A stretch of 64,000 nucleotides of DNA from Octopus vulgaris (lineage: Eukaryota), in assembly GCA_951406725.2 (NCBI GenBank), contig OX597816.1, positions 139,066,001 to 139,130,000 on the forward strand. Direction: 5' to 3'. Below, piece by piece: positions 1-14,411 of this stretch (positions are counted from its first letter, which is position 1; every line of letters starts with the position of its first letter). Below the pieces are notes generated by a model. The model did no database searches. It was not told the DNA's origin and was given only the letters and a program-made list of their open reading frames with translations. A program made the position numbers and the translations under genes.

Positions 1-314
1 CGCACTCACTCACACTCTCTCTCTCTCTATCTGTCTCTCTCTGTCTCTCTCTCTCTCACACACACACACATATTGGTTGCTGTCTGCGTATGTATGTGTA
101 CAGGCATGCACATTCAATTCTCAACTTTTCTCAACAGTGATTAGTATGTTGTATTTTGAGTTACATAATAGATAAAAGCATAACTGTGTGTGTGTATGTG
201 TGATCATGTGAACATGCGTGCATGTGCGTGCGTTAATTTCTTTTGTTTTATAATATAATATTATATACAAATGTTATAAAATTATAAATGTGGATAACAA
301 CAGCGACAATGATA

Positions 315-580
<266 letters not shown>

Positions 581-674
581 TTATGATTTCATCGAATCAA
601 TTTTGCTAATACGAAGACTTTGAATATGACCTGCTATGGAAACAGATATGACCTGCTGTGGAAAATAGTAGTAA

Positions 675-718
<44 letters not shown>

Positions 719-2291
719 ATATCTAGCATTCGCAGCAAATGCAACTATGAAGTGTAAAGTTTCAGTGATGTGTTTAAAGAGAATTAATTTTATTTTCTTT
801 CTGCATTTCTGTTTGTGGTATTAAACGCAAGATAATTGTTAAGCGTTGTTTACATGCATTCGAACAAAACTAAACATCGCCTCACTGGAGAAACAATAAA
901 GACTGTTTCTATTAAACACTCTGTAAAAACCTTTTGATCGTCGCCCTGAATTGTCTGCAATTAAAAATCTCACTGTTGACAGAGAATATGCCAGGGGAAG
1001 CATCATTCTTTTGAATGGGTGGCATCCTAATAGTTTTGAGTGAGGCGCACACTTGAAATGGCACTACGTGAAGAATGTTCGCAAATTTCTCCAGCTGAAT
1101 TATCGGAAATGAACAAAGGTTGAATAGATAGAAAATAACTCTTGTCTTTGATTGTTTCACTTGAGTCTAAGTGATATTTTGACAAGTAAACAATAGGCAT
1201 CTATTATCTGAACGGATATAATAAGAACATAAAGAACACACATGATGTCTGAACGCTTTTACAATAACCTCGCAGATTTCAGGAGACGTGGTTGCTGTTG
1301 ATCCTTCCATGGTGATAACGTTCTACCAAATGGCGAATGTCGGATGAATACGGTTTTTGCTACGATGTTTACCATTCTTTAAATATTTTTTTTTTCCTTT
1401 CTATTAACGGAATAGATTTGTTGTACAGAATGACAAGCTAAACTAACCTATTTTCCATAGAAAATTTGAATGACACATCACTGCAGTAAGAACTACGAGT
1501 AATTATAAATACACTGATGCAAACTATCCTCTGCACCCTCTGCAGAATTTAAAATCAATAAGACTGGAATTATGGACTGAGAAACATATAACTTTGTCTA
1601 CAAACAACCACCGTGTATTTGAATAATAAATTTACTATATCTTTTATTGAGAAAGAAAATTTTGTGGTTGAGTGACATTTGAAAGAAGCTGTCAAAGTAA
1701 CAATGGCAATGGAACTTTTTGTTTTTGTTGTAATTTCTATAGATGTATACGACAATTTCAATAAATATTTTAAACATAAATGTATTTAGACATTGTAAAA
1801 ATGATGTAAAATAATGGCATGGGTATTATAAAGCTGATGTAAGCTCCTGAAGGTCTAAAAGCTGGTTTCGTCTCACAGTGGACTGATTTTTTTTTTCTCA
1901 TTTGCGCCACTACGAAGAGACGCACAACCATGATTGTCATAACATTACTACCTGTTTCTCGTCATATTTCTAACTGTCACCTCGCGATGTTTCGTGGGGA
2001 GCAGCTAGTGTCTATCTTTCTGCCCCCACCACACAGCACTACGGGTTCAACAATCTCCCTTTTTGAACCGAAGATTTCACATTTCTTCTCGGTTCGTGCA
2101 GCAACTTCTAGACGAGTGGGCTTCAGATTTGAGATCCCTAAACGATAAGACACAGGAACCAAAATGCTGGTGTTCTTTGCTACCTCCAATGTTTCTTCTG
2201 TACAAAACAGATATCAAGTAATTAATCTCTTTATTTAAAAAAAATCTGGCATATATAAACTGTTTCTTTTACAATATCAATACAGGTATAT

Positions 2292-2505
2292 GGCGGCGAG
2301 CTAGCAGAAACGTTGCCACGCCGGGCGAAATGCGTAGCGGTATTTCGCTCGTTTTTACGTTCTGAGTTCAAATTCTGCCGAGGTCGACTTTGCCTTTCAT
2401 CCTTTCGAGGTCGATAAATTAAGTACCAGTTGCGTACTGGAGTCGATCTAATCGATTGGCCCCCTCCCCAAATATTTCGGGCCTTGTGCTTCGAATAGAA
2501 AAAAT
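2292..2505 (+). mobile_element. SINE family A (tRNA-like head plus conserved gccgaggtcgactttgcctttcatcctttc...gtcgataaa..aagtaccag domain, Meta-domain-like)
   Basis: ggcggcgagct head, gttcaaattc B-box; homologous copies elsewhere in the window. Confidence 0.85.
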
Positions 2506-4482
2506 ATCAATGCAGATGTGTCTTAATAAGAGACCTCTTCTACTTTACTGGTATCTAAGTGCTGATGTCTTTCACATTACTTCTACGTATAATAAAATGC
2601 ATTGTACAATACACGTATCTAATAGCTGGCCTTTTCTACAAAAGAGAAATATAATACAATGATGCTTTGTAACAAACCTAAATGAAAATATAGTTGTTTA
2701 ATAACAATTGTGTGCCACAACGTAGCTACGACTCGATAATATTATCGTTTACCTTGTTATTTATCTCTAAGTAAATTTTGAATGAGCAGCCACATAATCA
2801 AATGTAATCCAGCCGTCTGTACTTCGGGCAGTATGTCCAAGACTATGTTATATTGAACATAACACGTTTAAATGGCAGGGTATATCTAGGAAGGAATTTG
2901 CTTGCTATTTCTAGTAGGTCGGGTGAAAAGATTTCACCTGGCAGTGAAGTGTAACCAATGGCTGTTTGAACACGTGTAGGTTTAGAATCATTCTTACGAA
3001 AATACGAGATTACAATAATTTCAATGTTATCATTAGTGAAAGCGAAACCAGTTGACAGCCACAATACTCTTTCATTTAAAATATATTAAAACTATGTAAA
3101 CTGTGTGCAATTTCCTTTATTATTATTATTTTACATGTTTCAGCCTTGAGGCTGTGGCTATGCTGATATTTTTGGCATTACAACTTACCACGTGGGGATA
3201 ATCAAAATTCTCTTCCTCCCTTTTCTTACTACACACACGCGCGCGCGCATACGCACACATACACACACACACATTCACACACACACATACACACTCACAC
3301 ACACATACATACACACACACACACTCACATACTCACACACACATGCACACACAAGTGTGAGTGGACAACCTAAAGAAAGAGGCTTTCAACGCAACAGTAG
3401 GAATTAAATATATTATTATTTAAAACAGTTTGATTCGGTTTCATTCGATTTAAATTTTCATAGGTTTCCGACAGAAACCTAGCTTATTCAGTCTCAGATA
3501 ATCTAATGGTTTGATTGAGGCACCAGGCCAGCGATTCTGAGAAAAAAAGGATCTGACGAATGGCATCTTATTCTACCGACCCATGAATGGTAGAAGGTAA
3601 ACCTGTCCCAAGCGAAATTGGAATGAAAGGGGTAAAAATGCTGAAGGAAATACCGCAAGACACCCTCATACGATGCCATAGCGATTCTGCCAACACACCG
3701 CAATTTTACTGCTTGTGTATTTGCGAATATATGTATATCTATATTACAATTCTGCTTGTTCGTTTTTTCCCATATTACGCTTTAGTTAGTTAGAAAGAGG
3801 GTGGGGTGGAATGAGTGAGAGGTGGAATGAAAATGAGAGAGAGGGAGGGAGATGATAAGGAGGGGTGAGAGGAAGAAGTAGTGAAGGCAGAAAAAAGTTG
3901 AGAAAGATGTATGCATACATATGTATGTGTGTGCATGTGTGTATATAAATATACATCGCTATAATAATACTCTATGGCCGAATGCAACGAACGTGAGAAA
4001 GAGAGAGAGAGAGAAGTGCTAATGACGTGAGGTGGTGGCGGGAGTAATAGTTGTTACGTTGTAAGGAATGTCATGGATTATCATTAAACATTCTCCTTTG
4101 AAACTAATAATGGATCTTACCTGTAACCTTATTATTTAGTTGATCATGGAACTGCGTAACGCATATCTATTTAACATTTCTTCCTTCCTTCATTTTTGAT
4201 AAACAGGGGTGCACTATTATCCTCGATTGGGGATGTTCCTTCATTTTTACATTTTTCTGACTTTTCCTTCTCTTATGGCGAATTTAGTCAGTTTATGGAA
4301 TCCTTCTTACTCAGTATGATGACCCACATACTTGACTGTTCTAGAAACAGATGTAAGAGACACTACATTTTTATATTCTCTATCAAAACTGAAGGTTTTC
4401 TTCGAGTGATGCCGAACGCATCGCTTCTTCATTATTTAAATTAATATATCAATCAATCATCAATCAATCAATCAATCAATCA

Positions 4483-4533
<51 letters not shown>

Positions 4534-4666
4534 AGTATATACATATATATCTTTCATTCTTTTGTTGTCTTGCCATTTCTATCAATACACACACACAGAC
4601 ACACACAAACAGACAGATACACACACACATATATAAATATATATACACACATATATACATATATAT

Positions 4667-4770
4667 AATTTGGCTTACAGCTGTTTCCAGTAGTGCTGTA
4701 ATGATTACTGGAAACAGCTGTGAGCCAGATTTGCTCTAATAAAGGAATTATATGTAATGACAATTATTTT
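4667..4770 (+). mobile_element. pLTR-like fragment with 26-bp inverted repeat carrying a hammerhead 3' half
   Basis: aatttggcttacagctgtttccagta / tactggaaacagctgtgagccagatt with a 13-nt spacer; GAAA-cagctg-TA on the left arm; related copy at 43480-43545 (-). Confidence 0.45.
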
Positions 4771-4971
4771 TGAAGCCCATCTCCGGATGTACAATATAGA
4801 ATTATTGTGAACCATAACTTGGGACCCTACCAAAAAATTACTTGGAATTCCTGACTAATCTAAGTAGTATTGTGTGCCAAGTAGAATTGTAGCCTGGTGT
4901 GCCAACAGAGAACTTATGGAGTATTCTACCCGTATGACAATCCCTAACTATTTGCTCTCTCTCACTCTTAG

Positions 4972-5007
<36 letters not shown>

Positions 5008-5082
5008 TATATATATATATATACACACATACACATACATACATATGTTTGTGCGTACGTGTTTGTGTGTAAGTATGTGTGT

Positions 5083-5300
5083 GGAGACGCGTGTCTTAGT
5101 GGTTAGGGTATTGCACTCATGATCGTAAGATTGTGGTTTCGATTCGCGGACCGGGTGACACGTGTTCTTCAGCAAAAAGTTTCATTTCACGTTCCTCCAG
5201 TCCATGGAGCTGAAAAAAAAAAAAAAATCTTGCGATAAAACGGCGCCTCGTCTAGGCTGATAAATATTAGTCACAGTATCCGGGAACACGACTTTTTGAT
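5083..5300 (+). mobile_element. SINE family B (tRNA head plus CORE-like domain)
   Basis: ggagacgcgtgtcttagtggttaggg A-box; gtgttcttcagcaaaa..catttcacgttcctccagtcca; matches the 62268 copy. Confidence 0.75.
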
Positions 5301-5677
5301 CCTATGCCTTGGGAAGAATATTTTACCCTTTTTGAATAATTCCTCTAGGTCTTGTCTGAAAGCAGTGCTCATCCTAAATATTTACATAATTTCGATGTTT
5401 CAATAATTTAATGAATGAGAGAGGAAAGGCTGCAGTGGGTTGAAGTTTGAGGATTCATAGTTGTGATGGGAGCAATACTAATACAAATAAAGGAAATTGT
5501 AAATTGAAGATGATGTCGGCCTGATCTTGGTGAGGACAATAATATTATTGCAGATAAAAACACAGCAATACTTTGTTTCATAACAGGAGCACATTGTGTA
5601 CGTATTATATTATATATGGAGAGAGAGAGGGAAAGCGGGAGAGAGAAAGAGAGAATAACATAGACGGACAGACAGAC

Positions 5678-5745
<68 letters not shown>

Positions 5746-6017
5746 GAGTAGCTGATCCTGAGAGTATAAGTCGGTGTATAAGTTGATGAAAATGCATGTT
5801 TGTATCAGTATATGTGTGTGTGTGTGTATGTGCGTGTACGTATATATGTCCATATGCACACACACGTTTTGATAGTTGATCCGGATTTTACGGTCTACAG
5901 TTCATACTTCGGTCAGGTTAATCCCACCCAAAATAGATTATGGAATTGCACAGAAAGGGAAAAGTTTTGCCCTTATCCAATGCTTTTTTTTTTCTTCAAT
6001 CCTCTTACGAATTTATT

Positions 6018-6528
6018 ATTACATGGAAAAATGCGAGCATGAAAAGTAATATTCTTAAGATCATAAACCTGGAAAAGTACAGGACAAGTTATTACACCTG
6101 TAAAAGTATAGGACAAACTATTATTTTTAGTAAAGAATAAGAAACGTTTTACTTACAATATTGCTGCAAAGTATGCCAGTTCTTCTAATTTATCACTCTT
6201 TACAGTTCGCATCGTTTAAATTTATTGTACAAAACTGTTCAGCTTATTTGTAAGTTTGCCTAATTAGTCCCTTTTTTCTGCATTTAACGTAGTAAATTAG
6301 CTAAATTCTACTTAAATAAGTATAGTGTTATTTGTAAACTATAATAATGTAAGTTTTAATATTCAAATCTTAATTCTAGCAGCAATATTTTAAGTAAAAA
6401 GTTTCTTATGCTTTACTAGAAGTAATAGTTTGTCCTATACTTTTAAAGGTGTAATAACTTGTCCTGTATTTTCCCAGGTTTATAATCTTAAGAATATTAC
6501 TTTTCATGCTCTCATTTTTCTATGTAAT
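6018..6528. mobile_element. MITE/foldback-like element with ~150-bp inverted arms
   Basis: 6018-6167 is the reverse complement of 6379-6528 with scattered mismatches; 211-bp AT-rich spacer; no ORF. Confidence 0.75.
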
Positions 6529-6977
6529 CCATGATTTTTCCGGGCATTGCTGTTATAAGATAATTAATAGTGTGTCAGTTAATAATTTAAGATTTTACCT
6601 TATAAAATACTGAATGATAATACTTCAATTTTTCCATGTAAGTGATGATAATATTTCAATTTTTTTCATATATAATTTAAATATATGCTGTGATTGAATT
6701 ATTTGATATTACCTATCCACACCAAATTAATGGTACTCTTCATCTGAAAATACTACCGTATATATCGACTCACAACTCTAGAAACAATAAGGCATACACT
6801 ATCTTACAAAATCTACCAATTTTCGCAAGGGATTCGAAAATAGACTATATTCTTAAAACACAATTTCATCAAATGCGATAAGCAACTCAAATCGCTGAAA
6901 AGACTAATGCGTGCATATGTGTGTGTGTGTGTGTGTTTGTGTAGATATAGATAGATAGATAGATATATAGATAGATG

Positions 6978-7037
<60 letters not shown>

Positions 7038-7384
7038 CATACATACATACATACATACATACATACATACATACATACATACATACATAAAGTTGCAAAC
7101 AGGTAAAAAAAATCCTTGAAAGGGGTGTTAAATATCCAATTCACTGGTACGTCAGTCGGATTCCATATAAATATTGGTATAATTCAATTATGAAAATAAA
7201 TTATATATAGGGATATTCAATTGACAATCGAATAATTTATTTATATTACAATATTACATTAAATAATATGAATATATAACATAATATAACATTATATAAC
7301 ATAAATAATTATAAAAACCATAAAAGGCCAACAAATTGTTTCGGCTTATATACATTTTTTCTGATATACATAATCACACTTCTA

Positions 7385-7420
<36 letters not shown>

Positions 7421-7497
7421 ACTTCAGGGTCATGGCTTTAGAAAAAGACGAAATTCCGTGCGAAAGGGCGGCTGGATTTATTAAATTTATATACATG

Positions 7498-7528
<31 letters not shown>

Positions 7529-7529
<1 letters not shown>

Positions 7530-7840
7530 GAGGCGCAATGGTCCAGTGGTTAGGGCAGTGGATTCGCTGTCGACGGATCGCGGTCTCGATTCCCAGACCG
7601 GGCGTTGTGTATGTTTATTGAGCGAAAACACCTAAAGCTCCACGAGGCTCCGGCAGGGGGGGGGGGGGCGGAATGACTCCTGTTGTACTCTTTCGCCCCA
7701 ACTTTCTCTCACTCTTTCTTCCTGTTTCTTGAGTAATGCTGCGATGGACTGGCGTCCCGTCTAGCTGGGGGGAACACATACGCCATTGAAACCGGGAAAC
7801 CGGGCCCATGAGCCTGGCTAGGCTTGAAAAGGACGCATAA
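7529..7840 (+). mobile_element. SINE family B variant
   Basis: tRNA-like head; 3' part gctgcgatggactggcgtcccgtc..gaaaccgggcccatgagcctggctaggctt shared with the 62268 copy. Confidence 0.8.
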
Positions 7841-7935
<95 letters not shown>

Positions 7936-8286
7936 CATACATACATACATACATACATACATACATACATACATACATACATACATACATACATACATAC
8001 ATACATACATGCATGCATGCATGCATACATGATCAGCTTCTACTGACAATTTGCATTTGTGTTTTACTACTTAAAGTCACAAACAAAAATACTAAACATA
8101 ATGAATCTGGAGCGAGAAGCAGTCCTATTTTGAATCATTATTCCTCTTTGTAGGAATTCTTCAAATGAACCAAATAATTTTGTTTTCTTTAAGAATCTGT
8201 TAATATGAAGTCATTGCACACAGACAAAAGAAATAATTTTTTGAAAAATTGCATCACAGTTCTATTGCAAATACATAATACATACG

Positions 8287-8344
<58 letters not shown>

Positions 8345-8480
8345 CATACATATGCACACGCAGACACACAGACACACACATATGTATATATATATATATA
8401 TATATAACACGTATATATATGTATATATATATACATATATATATACATGTGTGTATGTGTCTGTAATTGTGTGTATATAC

Positions 8481-8524
<44 letters not shown>

Positions 8525-8584
8525 GTGTGTGTGTGCGTGTGCATATATATGGATGTATGTATGTGTGTATATATGTATATATAT

Positions 8585-8647
<63 letters not shown>
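7841..8647. repeat. Compound (TA)n/(TACA)n/(CA)n microsatellite tracts, representative of dozens in the window
   Basis: Direct reading; source of the many IY/CV/MYVC ORFs. Confidence 0.9.
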
Positions 8648-8651
<4 letters not shown>

Positions 8652-8948
8652 TGATGAACACGTAATTTTTTAAGAGTATGTAAACAGTAATCAATAAAGT
8701 AATTAATTTTTTTTTGTCTAAACATATTCACTCTTTAAGAATGGAAGGGAGGTGTGGTAATTGGGTATGTGGCGGACGGGGAGACAAACTAATTTCATTT
8801 AACGATTTTTAAATATTTATTCATGTATGTATGTAAATGTTGTTTATTCTGTTCCTTGAAAAACATCAGATTAAATAATAGATTAAGTAGTCAGATTTTC
8901 GTTTCCTTTTTAATTATTTCCAATTCGTAAAGATATCTCAAATATATG

Positions 8949-8979
<31 letters not shown>

Positions 8980-8980
8980 A

Positions 8981-9104
<124 letters not shown>

Positions 9105-9112
9105 CATGCATG

Positions 9113-9199
<87 letters not shown>

Positions 9200-9299
9200 C
9201 ATGCCTTCCAGAAGTTTTGAGAATTTTCAGGTAAGACATTTAGTAATTTCAAACAGTGTCCTCCAAATTTAAAATTCTCCAGGACCCTTGGGGCACAAT

Positions 9300-9535
9300 T
9301 CTTCATCTTCTGCTTCTGCCAGGGAAACAGCTGAAATTACCAAGGAACAGGACCTGGGTTGTAGGGAGAGTGAGGAACAGTTTTAATGCCTAATCTCGTC
9401 AAGGAGTTGGTTACCAGGATGGAAGTTTGGTCGTTTGCATTGCTCTGGTGCAGGTGCTTTGGCCTCTTGCGACGAAATCTCCTCCCCAACTCCCTGAAAA
9501 CCTGCACAAAGTACTCTTTGTTAAGCATTCCTGTA
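9300..9535 (-). mobile_element. Mariner transposase remnant
   Basis: NKEYFVQVFRELGRRFRRKRPKHLHQSNA...LGIKTVPHSPYNPGPVP, a decayed HQDNA...HPPYSPDLAP. Confidence 0.75.
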
Positions 9536-9693
9536 AATTTGACAGTTTACAGAAAAAAAAAAACATACAACACAATATCCCATCCAAAAAATTTAAGTAT
9601 TTTAAAACATCAAAACATATTTACTAGGTTATGGCTTGAACATAACAGTTTACTCGAAGTAGCCACCACCTTCAGCTTCCACCCACCACAGCC

Positions 9694-9732
<39 letters not shown>

Positions 9733-10276
9733 TTAGATAGATAGATACATACATACATACATACCTACATACATACATACATATATATATAAACATTCAT
9801 ACATACAGACGTATATAAATTTGAAGGTGTGTGTTATATCCATCTCAAACTCTCTTTCTCTTTTATATTTTATTACTGTTTTTGTTTATTAGCCCCTCTA
9901 ACTGTGTATAGGAATCTTGATTACTGACTACAAATGAAAGTTACCCACAAATGCAAATTTTGCATCATTTGACTCTTTCTCTGAAGAATTTCTAGTAGCG
10001 AATATCTTACATATTTTTCTTACATGTACAACTGTGTAATTCCTGTTAGCAAATGAAACACGTGTAGCGGTGAATAAATAATACAAAAATGATTTTTCTA
10101 ATCTTATGTCTTGATATGTAATTACTGAATTTTCCAATATTTTTCAACTCTTATTATGCATGCCTCACACAATAAATAAGATCTACATGCAATTTCGGGA
10201 ACGTGCCTCATACGGATACCGCTTTGGCTTATGACCCTATCAACGTATTATATGTAGGCGTATAGAAAGAAGAAGA

Positions 10277-10531
10277 AGAGACCCCCTTCGGTCATGAATG
10301 ACCATGGGATTGCACCTAGAAAGTTACCCTCCTAGACACAAGTCCAGGCAAGGTTGTTTATGGAAGACCAGCAGTCACTCATGCATACCAGCCTCCCCTC
10401 TCCACGCCACCAGTGTTATCCAAGGGAAAGACAAAGGTCGATACAGCTTGGCACCGGTGACGTCGCAACTCATTTCTACAGCTGAGTGAACTGGAGCAAC
10501 GTAAGCTCGACGCTCTAACCACTGAGCCATA
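10277..10531 (-). mobile_element. SINE family D, internally deleted
   Basis: Reverse complement of the 34086 copy; head atggctcagtggttagagcgtcgagcttacg joined directly to ttgctccagttcac. Confidence 0.85.
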
Positions 10532-10532
10532 C

Positions 10533-10602
<70 letters not shown>

Positions 10603-10622
10603 AAGCTTGTGTGCAAGTACAC

Positions 10623-10658
<36 letters not shown>

Positions 10659-10991
10659 ACACAAACACACACACACACATACGCACACACACACACACGC
10701 ACACACACTCACACTCTCATACAAGAATAATATGACACGAAGCTGGAGGATATCAGGCCCTACTAGAAGACACAGCATTTGTTTCTGCGTCACACACCAG
10801 CATTAAGTTACTGCGTTTCTATTCATATAACATTATAGAAGCACTCTTTATACTTATTATATAGTTGAATTTCTTCAGCAACAACCGTATGTAGGAGCTT
10901 CATCGAGCAGAATTCGAGTAATTCCAGTTGAATTTTCTCGAATACTCATATCTTTCAACTAATCAAATTATCAGATCCCAGGGTGCTCAAG

Positions 10992-11038
<47 letters not shown>

Positions 11039-11049
11039 TATATAGAAGG

Positions 11050-11100
11050 AGCTTCTACAGGACTAGAACTGTTTCATTCAAGAGAAATCTTCAGGAAGCT
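11050..11100 (-). ncRNA. Minimal type I hammerhead ribozyme motif (Penelope pLTR-type)
   Basis: Minus strand reads agcttc-CTGAAGA-tttctcttgaat-GAAA-cag-ttctagtc-ctg-TA-gaagct: 6-bp stem I, intact core, short stem II with a U-U closing mismatch, stem III cag/ctg with a CTAG-containing loop, GUA cleavage triplet. Confidence 0.7.
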
Positions 11101-11146
11101 TCCTGAAGATTTCTCTTGAATGAAACAGTTCTAGTCCTGTAAAGCT
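11097..11146 (+). ncRNA. Hammerhead motif, inverted second copy (1-nt deletion in stem I)
   Basis: agcttc-CTGAAGA-tttctcttgaat-GAAA-cagttctagtcctg-TA-aagct. Confidence 0.6.
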
Positions 11147-11229
11147 CCTTCTATATAATAAATTAATTTTACTCTGCTATGTATTGAGTACCTTATTTAC
11201 TGTGGTTAACCCCGATTCAACCCGGGACC

Positions 11230-11296
<67 letters not shown>

Positions 11297-11332
11297 CTAA
11301 TGTATGTACGCATGTGTGTATATGTATATGGG

Positions 11333-11401
<69 letters not shown>

Positions 11402-11693
11402 GTTTACGTATTTGCTTTGCAAGACAAAATGGAATACACAAAACAAGAGGAGACACGTTGGATTGAGAGTCGCTGAGGAGGTCACAGAGCGTGTGACGAA
11501 AGAGCTTTGAAAAAAACTAAACTAATAACAATTGTAATAATAAAGCTGAAATCAAGAACAAATGGATATAGTGCGTATGTTTAAATGGAAAATCTACGAC
11601 CATCTATATGTATAACAATATGTACACACAGACATATACATACGTACATACATACATATATATATATGTGTGTGTGTGAGTATGTATATATAT

Positions 11694-11914
11694 ATTTCTT
11701 TACTACCCACAGGGGGCTACACACAGAGGGGACAAATAAGGACAGACAAACGGATTACGTCGACCCCAGTGCGTAACTGGTACTTAATTTATCGACCCCG
11801 AAAGGATGAAAGGCAAAGTCGACCTCGGCGAAATTTGAACTCAGAACGTAACGGCAGGCGAAATACAGCTACGCATTTCGCCCAGCGTGCTAACATTTCT
11901 GCCAGCTCGCCGCC
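11694..11914 (-). mobile_element. SINE family A
   Basis: Reverse complement of the family A head and domain; tail matches the 31513 copy. Confidence 0.85.
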
Positions 11915-12550
11915 TTAATGTATGTATATATACATTAGTATGTGTGTGTCTGCGTCTATATAAGTATATATATATATATGGGGGGGTGCGGTTGTATGTG
12001 TGTGTATGCAATGATACACACACACATGTGTGTGTGTTAGTATGACAGGCGATCTTACTAATTTGCTACTTGCTTACTCTTGTTCCATCTATTATTGTCT
12101 GATTACTTTTCACTTACTATCGTATCATTATATATTCTCTCTCTTTCGGTGTTTAATTTAGATGCTGTTATTTACATTTTTTTCTTCATCATGCTAATGT
12201 TAATATCCATTTTTTTTATTGCCTTTCTATTAAAATACGAGATTTTTCTTTGAAATTTTTTCCTTGTTTTCTATTCTTTTTAGGATTAACTTTCTGAAAT
12301 GAAAAAAAAAAAAATAATAAATTCATACAAAATGAAACGGAAAAAGGAAAATGAGAGATTGGAAAAAAAAAATGCACAGAAATCGAAAATCAGAACAAAG
12401 AACAATAAACTAAACAAAACAGTAAGTAATACGAAGCGGATTGGATTTAAAATAAAGAATTAGTGCCATTTCCAATAAAATCCAGTTTGCAAATTGAAAA
12501 TGTGCACTGTAACACATTAAATGGCTTTTTTTTCTGATGTTTGTTATGTT

Positions 12551-12619
<69 letters not shown>

Positions 12620-12667
12620 ATATACACATACATAATACATATATGGATACATATATATCTATATCTA

Positions 12668-12714
<47 letters not shown>

Positions 12715-12820
12715 ATATATATATATATATAAATACATGTATGTATATATACATATATATATATGGGTAGGTATATGCATCTGAATATGTATACACGCAC
12801 ACGCACAGAAACACAAACAC

Positions 12821-12885
<65 letters not shown>

Positions 12886-14411
12886 TGTGCATATGACTCC
12901 TATTGTTTCTTCTCCTTTGTAATAAATATAGAAATATTTTTCTGCCAAAAAATCTGATCTACATGGCAGCGAAGTCGTTACATAGGCGCGCTCTGAGTTA
13001 TAAATTACATTGGACACTTACATACAATTCTTGCAGAAGTGACCTGTCAATGATTGGAAGACTTAGATGTTGCAATGAAAAAAAGAATGAAAATAAAATA
13101 AATAAATGAATGAAATATAAAAATACAAAAATAAGACCGTAGGAACGTTATTTTAAATTTTTTTTGTATTTTGTATTTGTTATTATGGTCACAAAGGTTG
13201 GTACGTTCATCAGTAAGTATCGGTTTCCATAAAGACAAGGCTGTGTCCACAACGTCGTTAGAATATGGAACGGATGAAAATTTTATCTTTCTGAGTTTTT
13301 TTGTTTTTTATTTTCCTCTTATGTTTTTATTATGTATTTTATTTATTTCTGTTCTAAATAGAAGTTGACACTTGTGATGGCAGCAAAATGATTGTCTGTC
13401 TCTATCTGTGTCAAGTTTCTAGTAAGTTTGATGGTGCATTAGTATATACATATATATATATTATATACACGTGTGTGTGCGTGTGTTGTGAGTGTATGTC
13501 TACACACATGATTGCTGTATATGTGTGCGTGTTCATATATATATATGTATGTGTGTGTATATACATTATGCATATAATATATATATGTATATATACCTGC
13601 AAATACCCATATGCTTATTGATTCATATATATTTATATATAGATATGCATGTATATATATATATATATATATATATAGTGAGAGAGATAGAGATAGAAAG
13701 ATAGATAGATAGATACATACATACATACATACATACATACATACATTCATATATATGTACATATATACATACGTATGTGTAGATACTGATGCTATTTCGT
13801 TTCATTTCAAAAGGTAAGTGATAGAAGGAAAACAATGATAGGGTGACCTTTACATTATGTGGATTTCAGAATTGTCTTCAAGTAATTGATTCATATCAAC
13901 TTCCATAAAATTCGCATATCAGATTCTCACATGGAATAAGTTGTAATTTTTTACACTAAGAATTTCTTTTGCTTTCTCGCCAAAGCTTTTAACATGCCAA
14001 ACCGTATATCTGCGCTTTATTCTCAACCGTTTAATCATTGAATATACACCACAATCCGGTATATGGCGTCGCATGCCGAGATTTTTGCTGTCTTTGTTAC
14101 TATAGAGTATTAAAGAAAGAAAGTGCGATAACATTAAAAATTTCAGGACACACTCCTAAAGGATGCTATTGATTTCAATCTGGTCCCCGGTAAAAATGGT
14201 CGATAAGGAAATCCATATCTGTTCCGAATACTTCCAAAAGACTGAATCCTACAAAGAGCAGCCAAGAAACATGCATTGGAGTTTAATCGGGAGCCGCGTT
14301 AAGTCTACAAGACTTTGTCTAACGATTAAAATAATGAAAATTAAGATAAGGAGTGAATGATAAGTGACCGCAAGTGTTCGTAAAGTTCGATTATATTATT
14401 ACCAATGTGAG

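Larger units (their letters stand above)
11034..11231 (+). mobile_element. Penelope-like pseudo-LTR fragment with inverted 5' duplication, inserted in (TA)n
   Basis: ~129-bp palindrome centred on AAGCTT (11096-11101) plus ~70 nt unique tail, bounded on both sides by (TA)n. Confidence 0.6.

Noticed and set aside
624-668. 22-bp tandem duplication atatgacctgct.tggaaa
   Set aside because: Ordinary slippage duplication between microsatellites
912-2189. Short ORFs possibly from decayed retroelements (e.g. IVEPVVLCG)
   Set aside because: No diagnostic motif recoverable by eye
2292-2390. tRNA genes suggested by A/B boxes in SINE heads
   Set aside because: No complete cloverleaf; each continues into a SINE body
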